Positions 45,803 to 56,326 of a stretch of DNA of 64,000 nucleotides are shown piece after piece. Source of the DNA: Escherichia phage vB_EcoM-E33; sequence record OL780484.1. The stretch is one strand, 5' to 3'. A program made the position numbers and the translations under genes. The notes under the pieces were generated by a model. It was not told the origin of the DNA. It was given only the letters and a program-made list of their open reading frames with translations, and ran no database searches. Each line of letters opens with the position of its first letter. The stretch's first letter is position 1.

Positions 45803-48800
45803 TTATTCAATCCACTCAAACTTAACGGATTTAGTGACCGGGTCAGGAATAATACGAACGTTACCAATACGTAACCAATCAAGGATTGTAATGTTACCCA
45901 TTGTAGCGTTATCAGCAGGCAATGCACCAACCTCTTCAGCAGAAGGAGGGTTATCTGCCGTATAGACCATAGAGAACGTAGTCCATGCGTTTTTATTTTT
46001 CTGCCAGGTACGTGTATAACGAATAGTACCACCATTCAGTCCTGTAGGATAGCACACCCAATCCTGATAACATGAATCCAATGTATTACCAAACTGAGTT
46101 AACGTACCAGGATATTTAACTTCCTTATCACGAACAGAATAATCAAACCAAGTACCACGTAATTTCTGACCTGATGTACCGAGAACCTCGTCACCAAAAC
46201 TACCGTCTTCGTTACGATAACGAATAGCCGGAGAACTAAATGCACCTGTTTCTGTTAACCAACCAGAAGCATTCCATATCTCGTCAGAAACACCGGCAGG
46301 TTTAGTTTGGACCGTATCAATATTAACCTGACGTTTAGTTTTCATCGTCCAATAACCAGGGAACAGGTTAAATGTAGCCGAATCATCGATATCGACAGAC
46401 CAGAAGCCAACGGTTTCTGCAGTAGGGGCCTGGGATGCTAATGTAGGTTTAACACCAACAGAACGGACGTATTTTTGAGCAACCAAACCATTATTTGCCG
46501 ATACCTGCCCGGTGGAAACGATAGTACCTGAAGTAGTTACGTTTTGCAACGAAGACAGAGCAGAAGCATTTAGTGTGGTTGTAGAAACACCGTTAGAAGT
46601 GGTTATACCTGTGATATTAGCATTCTTAGAAATACTAATGGAACCACTATTAACAGCAAAGTCACCAGTCGTATTAAAGGTCCAGTAGAAAGATTCTAAA
46701 GAACCCGGCGATGGAAGATAATGTATTTTAAAATCACGAGTTCCGTCGTTTACAGTGCCTAAAGAGAATGTACCTTGCCCTAAACGTTGTTTAACAATAG
46801 GATGGAACTTGGCATCCGGGGTCGAATTTATCTCGGCAAAAATCGGAGCTAAAGTATCACCTTGAGAGTTCCAAGTACCTGCACCAGATTGGGGTCCTAC
46901 AAATTTAATAGATTTACCTGAGCTAACAGATACATCATTTTTAAAAGTAGAATTTCCAGTTACTTCTAGAGAACCTAAAATAGTGTTGCCGGTAATATTA
47001 GCCGTACTAGAAGACACCAGAGGAGCGGCCAGGTTCAATTGTTTTGTCAACGTTAAAGAACCATTAACCGTTTGGTCAACGTCTCTACGAATGAACTGGA
47101 GTGAATCTAGGCCATCCAATTTCTCGGAGTTCACAGCCGTAGCATTTATAGGTAAAAAGTTCTGTAAAGTTTTATTCATCTCGTAAGATGAAACAGCATA
47201 ACCTGTTTTAGGGTAGTTAGCTGCGTTCAGAACAGTATCGTCATTCTCATAAAGGCCTGTACCTGAGTTAAATTTAACACCAGAACCAGTAACTTTATTT
47301 CCTGAATAGGTTAAAGCACCTTCGGTTAGTTTAACAAATCCACGACGAAGTGCAGTAGCTTCCCAAGTGGTTTCAGTTTGTACTACATATTTTAAACCAG
47401 AAGGGCTTACAGCCAGAACTTTAGAAGTTCCTGCGGTTGTTTCGGTATTCGTTGCAACACGAATAATACCTTCAGAACTTTCAGTAGATTTTTTATAATG
47501 CAATTTCAAAGGAGTGATGATAGTTTTATCATCGGTACCAACGTTGACTTCGGTCTGGGTCGCCAGGCGAGCAGTACCACGTTGTGTCTCATTTGCTTCT
47601 CTAATATCTAGTGTATAATGGTTCCATAAGGTTCCTGATTCAATCAAACCACTGGCTGCTGAGACAGAAGTTCTAGCAGTATCATTAAATCTTGTTTTAA
47701 CTTTCAACGGAGTTGAAATAACATTATCTAACGTACCAGCATCAAATTCTACCTGTGTTGCAATTCTAGCAATACCAGTCAATCCTTCCGTAGCTTTCCT
47801 ATCATTTAACGTCTTAGGCGTTACCGCACGAGTATAATCTGTTCCAGTATCAGTTTCCTGTTGCGTAGCAATTTCAATTAACCCTGTACGAGTATCAAGG
47901 GCCACACGAGCATGTAATGTTTCCGGAGAAACAGCACTGTTGGCAAATCCACTTGCAGTTTGACCTGCGTTAACTTCAGATTGGTTAGAAAGATATACTG
48001 TACCCTGTTGAACTTGGGTAGCTTTATACTGGTCGAGAGCTTTAGGAGAAATAACCAAATTGCCTACGTTCTTATTATAAACGTTAGTACCTACAGTGTC
48101 TCTAGCAGTCGCAGGAGTGGTTCCTACAGTAGAGGTATATGTTACAATACCTGAAAGACTTTCCGAACCCTGGCGTGCTTGTAGCTTCTTAGGAGTGATG
48201 ATTGTAGTATCATCTGTACCCGTGTTAGTTTCAACTTGCGTAGCAATTTCAGCAACACCACGGCGAGTTTCGGTTGCAGTACGTTCGTTTAATTTCTTAG
48301 GAGAAATAATCAAATCGTCCTGGAATGCGAAGGTTGTGTCCTGGTTCACCTGAGCAGTAGTAGCAATACGAGCAATACCACGACGAGATTCAGTCGCTAC
48401 ACGATTAGCTAAAGTCTGTGGAGTAATTGCAAGTTCTTTCTCAGGGTTATTTTCATGGTCAACGTTTGCCTGAGTCTGCGACGCAAGGGCAATAACACCT
48501 AAACGAGCACGAGTTAAATCATCTTTAGAATCTACACGTTCTATAGTAGGAACGTTCTGAGCAACAACCCAATATTTGCCACCTGTAGTGGTGTCTTCGA
48601 TATAACTCAGTTCAATAACCGGAGTATAACTTATATTGCCATTAAAGGTCAGTACGTCATTCAATACCCATTCGGTTTCTGGTGGATATTCTGAACGTTT
48701 AGGGAATTGAAGCAACTGGACGGATGAAGCAATCTTATCTCCTACGGCAGCCTTAATATTTACTGTCTGAGCTTTACGGAGATAGTTCAGAGCAATCTTA

Positions 48801-49852
48801 ACGACATCACCCTGGGCCACACCGGTAGGTAATGTGATATTAATTGTCTGGGGTGTCGTGTTATTAGGACCAAAAACAATAACACTTTCGTTAGCCAAGA
48901 GTTCAACATCGTCACGAATTACACGTAAACGAGTTTGTCGGTCGCCGTCCCAAACATACCATAATTTTTCGGTAGAGTTATAAACAAAGAATCCATCACC
49001 TGAAGTACGGAATTCCATGCTATGCTGGCCAGGCTTACCTAATGAAGATGACGCATCAAATGTTTCAACGATTAAGTGGAATTTACTTCCTAAACCATCG
49101 ATATCAACGGTTTTAATAATATCACCTTGGTTCGCATACTTAGGAAGAGTAAACTTAATTACTGCACCTGAAGTATAACGACGTAAAACGTTATCACCCG
49201 CTTGTGATTGGAACTGGGCGGTGTTCGGTTCTACACGAATACCACGTTCTTCATTAGCTGCTTCCCAGAAATGCCATAAACGGTTGGCAAAGATAATCAT
49301 ATTATAGGAAAAAGGCTTCGTAATTAAGGTCTCAGTGAACTGGTTACCGAAACGGACAATTTTCTGATTACCACCACCTGGAGCAGAACTAGACTGGAGC
49401 TTAATTTCATTATAACCTACACGGCCACCAATATCCTTGATTACGATGGTATCACCATCAGTAGGGTTAGGAGGCAGGGTAAACGTAGTAAAGCTAGCAG
49501 CAGAATCCACAGCAATATATTCACCGGAAGCCAGCTGGCGTGTAGGAGATGCTACGGTAATCCATTTAGGGTCAGTACGGGTAGCAGTCCAATAACCTGG
49601 TACAAAGGCTCCTGCCGGAGCATCGATATCACGTTGAGCAACCCAGATACGTTGGTCATGGATTACGGCAAACCCTTTCTTATATCCGCGCGTCTCGTCG
49701 TACGCCTGGATGGTGTTCTCATCTATAAAGAATTCAACGTTGACGCCGTCGTCTAATACATTGTAATCGGCTTTGGCAACATTGATAACTTTCTCGCCTG
49801 CAGCATCGAGTCCGGATGTAGCACGGAAGGCAGGTTTTAAAATATCGGCCAT
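45803..49852 (-). CDS. 34: Long tail fiber proximal subunit gp34
   Basis: 1349 aa; internal repeated …TRRG.A.IAT…ITP.KL… motifs typical of gp34; SD AAGGAAA; late promoter. Confidence 0.93.
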   Translation of the reverse strand: MADILKPAFRATSGLDAAGEKVINVAKADYNVLDDGVNVEFFIDENTIQAYDETRGYKKGFAVIHDQRIWVAQRDIDAPAGAFVPGYWTATRTDPKWITVASPTRQLASGEYIAVDSAASFTTFTLPPNPTDGDTIVIKDIGGRVGYNEIKLQSSSAPGGGNQKIVRFGNQFTETLITKPFSYNMIIFANRLWHFWEAANEERGIRVEPNTAQFQSQAGDNVLRRYTSGAVIKFTLPKYANQGDIIKTVDIDGLGSKFHLIVETFDASSSLGKPGQHSMEFRTSGDGFFVYNSTEKLWYVWDGDRQTRLRVIRDDVELLANESVIVFGPNNTTPQTINITLPTGVAQGDVVKIALNYLRKAQTVNIKAAVGDKIASSVQLLQFPKRSEYPPETEWVLNDVLTFNGNISYTPVIELSYIEDTTTGGKYWVVAQNVPTIERVDSKDDLTRARLGVIALASQTQANVDHENNPEKELAITPQTLANRVATESRRGIARIATTAQVNQDTTFAFQDDLIISPKKLNERTATETRRGVAEIATQVETNTGTDDTTIITPKKLQARQGSESLSGIVTYTSTVGTTPATARDTVGTNVYNKNVGNLVISPKALDQYKATQVQQGTVYLSNQSEVNAGQTASGFANSAVSPETLHARVALDTRTGLIEIATQQETDTGTDYTRAVTPKTLNDRKATEGLTGIARIATQVEFDAGTLDNVISTPLKVKTRFNDTARTSVSAASGLIESGTLWNHYTLDIREANETQRGTARLATQTEVNVGTDDKTIITPLKLHYKKSTESSEGIIRVATNTETTAGTSKVLAVSPSGLKYVVQTETTWEATALRRGFVKLTEGALTYSGNKVTGSGVKFNSGTGLYENDDTVLNAANYPKTGYAVSSYEMNKTLQNFLPINATAVNSEKLDGLDSLQFIRRDVDQTVNGSLTLTKQLNLAAPLVSSSTANITGNTILGSLEVTGNSTFKNDVSVSSGKSIKFVGPQSGAGTWNSQGDTLAPIFAEINSTPDAKFHPIVKQRLGQGTFSLGTVNDGTRDFKIHYLPSPGSLESFYWTFNTTGDFAVNSGSISISKNANITGITTSNGVSTTTLNASALSSLQNVTTSGTIVSTGQVSANNGLVAQKYVRSVGVKPTLASQAPTAETVGFWSVDIDDSATFNLFPGYWTMKTKRQVNIDTVQTKPAGVSDEIWNASGWLTETGAFSSPAIRYRNEDGSFGDEVLGTSGQKLRGTWFDYSVRDKEVKYPGTLTQFGNTLDSCYQDWVCYPTGLNGGTIRYTRTWQKNKNAWTTFSMVYTADNPPSAEEVGALPADNATMGNITILDWLRIGNVRIIPDPVTKSVKFEWIE

Positions 49853-49884
49853 TTTATTTCCTTTTCGTTTTCAGGGTATAGAAC

Positions 49885-49892
49885 TATTTATA
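49885..49892 (-). promoter_or_regulatory. T4-type late promoter TATAAATA (gene 34)
   Basis: Reverse complement of tatttata, ~33 nt upstream of gp34 ATG. Confidence 0.6.
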
Positions 49893-49899
49893 GCAAAGT

Positions 49900-49928
49900 G
49901 TTTACTTCTTCTAGGGTCGTGATATAAT
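49900..49928 (+). promoter_or_regulatory. T4-type early promoter (rnh), divergent from gene 34 late promoter
   Basis: GTTTAC, 17 nt, TGaTATAAT. Confidence 0.55.
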
Positions 49929-49959
49929 GAACCTCTACACTAATTGGACAGAGGTTCAT

Positions 49960-50907
49960 ATGAACGATTTAGATTTTTTACTTCCTGAAGAAGACCAACA
50001 AAAAGATGGATTTTTACTCCTAGATTTCAGCCAAATCATTATGGCTGCAGCTTTCCAAGAGTTTGGTGAGAATGCTGGATTTCCTAAAGTAACTACAGCA
50101 ATGCTTCGACACCTCGTGTTGAATTCAATTAAGAAAAATATTAAAGACTTTAAAAAACAGGGGTACAACCAACTGGTTATTTGTGTTGATAACTCTAAAT
50201 CAGGTTATTGGCGTCGTCGCTATTCACCTTATTATAAGAAAAACCGTGCTAAGGCACGTGACGAATCACCATTTGATTGGGAAGGTTTATTCACAGCAAT
50301 GCATATTATTGTTGATGAACTGGAACAAAACATGCCTTATATTGTTATGAATATCGATACAATCGAAGCTGATGACCATATTGCTGTTTTAACCCGAATC
50401 CTCACGGCTTTAGGCCATCCAGTTATGATTGGTTCTTCGGATGGCGACTTTACTCAACTCCATAAATTCCCTGGGGTAAAACAATGGTCTCCAATGCAGA
50501 AAAAATTCGTCAAAACAAAATCTGGCGATTCATTATTAGATTGTGTAACTAAGGTTGTTAAAGGCGACCGCAAGGATAACGTCGCGAGTATTAAAGTTCG
50601 TGGTGATTACTGGTTGACGATGGTTGAAGGCGAACGTACTCCTAGCACTCGTGCCAAGGAACTTGAAGCAATTGCTCTGAATTATTACGACCATGATATA
50701 ATTAAAACACTTCTTACTGAAGAACAATATGAACGTTTCTGTGAAAACCAAATCTTAATTGATATGGACTTTATTCCAGATGATATTGTTGCTTTAATTA
50801 CTGAAAGATATAATACGTATAACAAACCTTCGAAATCTAAAGTTTATCCTTATTTCGTTAAATCTGGTTTGTCTAAACTAACTGCTACAGTAGCTGATTT
50901 TTATTAA
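49960..50907 (+). CDS. rnh: RNase H (5'-3' exonuclease / flap endonuclease)
   Basis: …DGFLLLDFSQI…YWRRRYSPYYKKNRAKARDES…EADDHIAVL…SSDGDFTQLHK… matches T4 RNase H; ATG 49960 chosen by alignment to T4 N-terminus (track start 49927). Confidence 0.92.
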   Translation: MNDLDFLLPEEDQQKDGFLLLDFSQIIMAAAFQEFGENAGFPKVTTAMLRHLVLNSIKKNIKDFKKQGYNQLVICVDNSKSGYWRRRYSPYYKKNRAKARDESPFDWEGLFTAMHIIVDELEQNMPYIVMNIDTIEADDHIAVLTRILTALGHPVMIGSSDGDFTQLHKFPGVKQWSPMQKKFVKTKSGDSLLDCVTKVVKGDRKDNVASIKVRGDYWLTMVEGERTPSTRAKELEAIALNYYDHDIIKTLLTEEQYERFCENQILIDMDFIPDDIVALITERYNTYNKPSKSKVYPYFVKSGLSKLTATVADFY

Positions 50908-50917
50908 GGTGAATATA

Positions 50918-51187
50918 ATGGCTAAAGAAAAAGTGAAAGTTGAATTCAATCAAGAAGAACATGGTAACACATTGGCACAACTGATTAAGTCTGCTTCCGA
51001 TACTAAATTAAAAATGGAAGCTTACGGTGACGAAATTAAAGATATCAAAGACCGTGCTAAGACTGAACTTGGTGTAGACGGTAAAATGTTTAACCAACTG
51101 TTCTCTCTGTACCATAAAGGCACCCGTGAACGTTTCGAAGACGAAAAAACTGAAGTGGTAGAACTGTATGACACAATCTTTGAATGA
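50918..51187 (+). CDS. dsbA: dsDNA-binding late transcription enhancer DsbA
   Basis: 89 aa; MAKEKVKVEF…ELGVDGKMFNQL…VVELYDTIFE matches T4 DsbA. Confidence 0.88.
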   Translation: MAKEKVKVEFNQEEHGNTLAQLIKSASDTKLKMEAYGDEIKDIKDRAKTELGVDGKMFNQLFSLYHKGTRERFEDEKTEVVELYDTIFE

Positions 51188-51470
51188 TTTTGATGGAGCG
51201 GTTAATACCGCTTCCGAACCTGTCCATGTGCTCGTAAACAAACAACAGAATGGCCTTGATATTGAGGCCTTTGTTGAAGCTGAAGGTTGTAGTTACCTCG
51301 AAGCGGCTACCGCATGGTTGGAAGAGAACAGCATCCCTGAAGGTAACTTTGCTCGTTATTTGCCTGCAGGAATTATTGATAAAATTATGAACGAAGCCAT
51401 TGATGATAACTTGCTTCGACCTTCAATGGCTCGAACGCAAAAAACTAATACTCTGGATTTCTTGTTATGA
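51168..51470 (+). CDS. 33: Late transcription co-activator gp33
   Basis: 100 aa; C-terminus …LRPSMARTQKTNTLDFLL matches T4 gp33 tail. Confidence 0.85.
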   Translation: MTQSLNDFDGAVNTASEPVHVLVNKQQNGLDIEAFVEAEGCSYLEAATAWLEENSIPEGNFARYLPAGIIDKIMNEAIDDNLLRPSMARTQKTNTLDFLL

Positions 51471-52120
51471 TTAAGATTCGCATGCCACCAAACAATAACC
51501 GTATGGTGAATGGTAAGAGCGTATATTCACTATACTTAATGCTCAAACATCACTTCAATGCCAAATACGACGTTATAAAATATAACTGGGTCATGCGAAT
51601 CTCTGATACGGCTTATCAAAAACGTCGTGACAAATATTTCTTTGAGAAATTGAGTGATAAATACACTTTGAAAGAGCTTGCTCTTATCTTCATGAGTAAC
51701 TTGGTGGCTAACCAAGACGCATGGATTGGCGACATCAGTGATGCTGACGCCTTAGTCTTTTACCGAGAATATATCGGTAGACTTAAAAGAATAAAACAAG
51801 TTTTTGAGGATGATATCAAAAACATTTATTATTTTAGTAAGAAAGTGGAAGTTCAAGCGCTTTCTGAAATTTTTGATTATAATAAAAAAGTTAACTCGAG
51901 CTATATTTTTAAGCTCCTTCAATCGAATGTGATTTCATTCGAAACGTTTATTTTGCTTGATTCATTTATGGATATAATAAATAAACATGATGAACAGACC
52001 AACGATTTAGTATGGTCTAAGTATTCGACTAAATTAAATGCTTATAAGAAAATTCTTATAATCGATAATTTAGAAGCTCGTAAATGGTTCATTGAAACTA
52101 TCAAATCTTGTAAGTTTTAA
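51467..52120 (+). CDS. 59: Helicase loader gp59
   Basis: 217 aa; near-identical to T4 gp59 (MIKIRMP…DVIKYNWVMRISDTAYQKRRDKYFF…). Confidence 0.95.
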   Translation: MIKIRMPPNNNRMVNGKSVYSLYLMLKHHFNAKYDVIKYNWVMRISDTAYQKRRDKYFFEKLSDKYTLKELALIFMSNLVANQDAWIGDISDADALVFYREYIGRLKRIKQVFEDDIKNIYYFSKKVEVQALSEIFDYNKKVNSSYIFKLLQSNVISFETFILLDSFMDIINKHDEQTNDLVWSKYSTKLNAYKKILIIDNLEARKWFIETIKSCKF

Positions 52121-52209
52121 TGCTTCAAACCAACTGTGTTAATATACTAACTCAATCTGTTAAAAACTGTTAATAAAATATAACTGCTAAATCTGCTAAG
52201 GTAAATAAT
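52121..52209 (+). promoter_or_regulatory. Putative gene 32 autoregulatory translational operator (AU-rich unstructured leader with UAA-containing repeats)
   Basis: Leader contains repeated ctgttaa/ctgctaa/ttaataaaata elements before SD; T4 gp32 is known to repress its own mRNA via such a leader. Confidence 0.4.
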
Positions 52210-53115
52210 ATGTTTAAACGTAAAGACCCTTCCCAACTGGCTGCTCAACTGTCTGCAATGAAAGGTGGTTCTTCTTTCTCTTCCGATGATAAAGCTGAAT
52301 GGAAATTGAAAGATGACAATGGCGTTGGTACTGCGGTAATTCGTTTCCTACCTTCGAAAAACGAAGAAAATCCATCTCCATTCATTAAGCTCGTTAACCA
52401 CGGCTTTAAGAAAAATGGTCAATGGTACATTGAAAACTGTACGTCTACACACGGTGATTTCGATTCATGTCCTGTATGTAAATACATGAACCAGAATGAT
52501 ACCTTTAATACTAATAATGCCGAATACAAACTGATGAAACGTAAAACTTCCTTCTGGGCTAACATCCTTGTTATTAAGGATAGTGCAGTGCCTGCTAACG
52601 AAGGTAAAGTGTTTAAATTCCGTTTCGGTCAGAAAATTATGGATAAAATCAACCAGATGGTTGAAGTTGATACCGATATTGGTGAAGTGCCGGTTGACGT
52701 AACATGTCCGTTTGATGGTGCGAACTTCGTACTGAAATCTAAGAAAGTTGGCGACTTCAAGAACTATGACGATTCCAAATTCATGGGTCAGTCTGAAATT
52801 CCTAACATCAATGATGAAGCTTACCAAGCTAAATTGATGGAAGAAATGCACGACCTTTCTAAACTGCTCGATTTCAAATCATTCGAAACTAACGAAGCCA
52901 AGTTTAAGAAAGTTGTTGGTACAGCTGCTCTTGGTGGTGCTGCCGCTAAAGCTTCTGCAGCCGCTGATAAGATTGGTGATGACCTGGACGCATTCAGTGC
53001 AGACCTTGATGCATATGATTCTAAACCATCTACACCGACTCGTTCCACTACTCCTGAGCCGTCAGTAAGTCCTTCTGATGACGATGGTCTGGACGACCTG
53101 TTAGCTGGTCTATAA
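52210..53115 (+). CDS. 32: ssDNA-binding protein gp32
   Basis: 301 aa, same as T4; [13 protein letters not shown]…[10 protein letters not shown]… zinc site C…H…C…C region. Confidence 0.95.
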   Translation: MFKRKDPSQLAAQLSAMKGGSSFSSDDKAEWKLKDDNGVGTAVIRFLPSKNEENPSPFIKLVNHGFKKNGQWYIENCTSTHGDFDSCPVCKYMNQNDTFNTNNAEYKLMKRKTSFWANILVIKDSAVPANEGKVFKFRFGQKIMDKINQMVEVDTDIGEVPVDVTCPFDGANFVLKSKKVGDFKNYDDSKFMGQSEIPNINDEAYQAKLMEEMHDLSKLLDFKSFETNEAKFKKVVGTAALGGAAAKASAAADKIGDDLDAFSADLDAYDSKPSTPTRSTTPEPSVSPSDDDGLDDLLAGL

Positions 53116-53131
53116 GTTATTGATTTATAAT

Positions 53132-53157
53132 GGGAAGACTTCGGTCTTCCCTTTTTG
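53132..53157 (+). terminator. Rho-independent terminator (gggaagac-UUCG-gtcttccc + T5)
   Basis: 8-bp stem, UUCG loop, TTTTTGG after gene 32. Confidence 0.7.
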
Positions 53158-53167
53158 GCATTTAATG

Positions 53168-53196
53168 GTTTACAACGCCTTTAAACGTGATACTAT
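53168..53196 (+). promoter_or_regulatory. T4-type early promoter
   Basis: GTTTAC, 17 nt, TGaTACTAT, CTATCAACT. Confidence 0.55.
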
Positions 53197-53224
53197 AGAC
53201 CTATCAACTACATGAGGAAATAAA

Positions 53225-53614
53225 ATGGAAATCGGTAAAACTTATGAACTTCGTCCTGAATGCATTAAAGACTTTATTGAAATGGACGAATATGAAAATA
53301 ATAAAAGCATGGTCGACCTTATCCAAGACAACGGAGGTTGGTTTGAAGTAAAGGATATGTTGACTATGGATGGCGACAAATTTGTGACTGAAATCGAATG
53401 TGCAAATGGCGAGATTTATAATGCATTTGGGTTGGTGCCAAATTATTTTGAGTTGCATGAAGATGAGTTCTATTGCTTCTGTGAATATGTTGTGGAAGAT
53501 AAAGAAATCGATGAGCCTATTGCTAAGGCCGGTGTGACTCAAATCCATTGCATTGTCACCGAACAGAACGTTGACCAAATCATTGAACTTTTGCAAAAAA
53601 CTTTTAAGGCCTAA
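53225..53614 (+). CDS. Hypothetical acidic protein (129 aa)
   Basis: SD GAGGAAA. Confidence 0.5.
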   Translation: MEIGKTYELRPECIKDFIEMDEYENNKSMVDLIQDNGGWFEVKDMLTMDGDKFVTEIECANGEIYNAFGLVPNYFELHEDEFYCFCEYVVEDKEIDEPIAKAGVTQIHCIVTEQNVDQIIELLQKTFKA

Positions 53615-53615
53615 T

Positions 53616-53876
53616 ATGACTAAAGATGATTTCCTGGATGCAGTAGAAAAAGCCAGTGAGAAATTTGAAGTGATGGGTGTACGAGTTCATAAAGACCGAA
53701 ATTACGGGCTCGATATCCAAACTTATTCATTATGGCTTGTAGGTGAACATAGTCTTGTAACCACCTTAGTTATGGGTGTTGATGCCCAACCTTTACTGGT
53801 TAAATTTAGAAGTATGGAAAAAGCTACCAAAGAAATGATTAAGCTTGGTAAATGGCTTGATAAAATTCAAAAATAA
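53616..53876 (+). CDS. Hypothetical protein (86 aa)
   Basis: ATG 53616; ORF track 53553..53876. Confidence 0.4.
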   Translation: MTKDDFLDAVEKASEKFEVMGVRVHKDRNYGLDIQTYSLWLVGEHSLVTTLVMGVDAQPLLVKFRSMEKATKEMIKLGKWLDKIQK

Positions 53877-53878
53877 GT

Positions 53879-53907
53879 GTTTACAATGCCTTTAAACATG
53901 ATACTAT
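53879..53907 (+). promoter_or_regulatory. T4-type early promoter
   Basis: GTTTAC, 17 nt, TGaTACTAT, CTATCAACT. Confidence 0.55.
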
Positions 53908-53939
53908 AGACCTATCAACTAATGAGTGAGGAAAATAAA

Positions 53940-54167
53940 ATGGCTAAGGTTAATATTGATATCGTTGATTTTGAATACACTTACGAAGTTATCCGTAATC
54001 GTTATCCTTCTTTAGTTATGACCCATATTAAAGATACCCAATTCTGTAGTATGCAAATTGAAGTCCAAGGTCCTCTTGAAGACCTTACCCGCTTTATGGC
54101 TGACGAGTATTGTGACGGTATGCACCTGGAAGACGCTAAATTTTATATGGGCCTAATTCAAAAATAA
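53940..54167 (+). CDS. Hypothetical protein (75 aa)
   Basis: ATG 53940 after SD GAGGAAAA. Confidence 0.45.
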   Translation: MAKVNIDIVDFEYTYEVIRNRYPSLVMTHIKDTQFCSMQIEVQGPLEDLTRFMADEYCDGMHLEDAKFYMGLIQK

Positions 54168-54222
54168 GTTTACACCAGGCTATGGTAGTGATACTATAGC
54201 CTTATCAACTAAGGAGAATAAA

Positions 54223-55905
<1,683 letters not shown>

Positions 55906-55966
55906 AAATTCAAATAATCTGTACTCTGTTTTTGGTTATTATGGTTGGGCTGAATTTGGTGCTATA

Positions 55967-56260
55967 ATGAGAGTTTGCAGAGTTGTTAACAAGTATAAAG
56001 AAGACTTTGATGTCAATATCCAACGTGGAACTATGTGGGGTAATCCATTTAAAGATGGAACCCGCGAGGAAAACATCAAGAACTTTAAAGAATACTTTAT
56101 TGCTAAAATAAAATCGGGCGAAATTAAAAGAGAACATCTTGAAACCCTTAGAGGTATGCGTATAGCGTGTACCTGTAAACCTAAGGACTGTCATGGGGAT
56201 GTGATAGCCCTGGTTGTTAACAAACTTTTCAAAGACACGTTCTCATTAGAAGACCTATAA
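55967..56260 (+). CDS. Hypothetical protein, DUF4326-like (97 aa)
   Basis: …RGTMWGNPF…CTCKPKDCHGDV… pattern. Confidence 0.45.
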   Translation: MRVCRVVNKYKEDFDVNIQRGTMWGNPFKDGTREENIKNFKEYFIAKIKSGEIKREHLETLRGMRIACTCKPKDCHGDVIALVVNKLFKDTFSLEDL

Positions 56261-56326
56261 ATATCAGTCCATGCTTAACAGGTTCTATGATAGAATAATT
56301 ATAGAACCTAACATATTGAGGAAATT

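Noticed and set aside
46983-48353. Plus-strand ORFs inside gene 34 (46983..47186, 47960..48154, 48096..48353) and inside gene 37 (41272..41532, 43486..43975)
   Set aside because: Antisense to the long tail-fiber genes; no signals; spurious.
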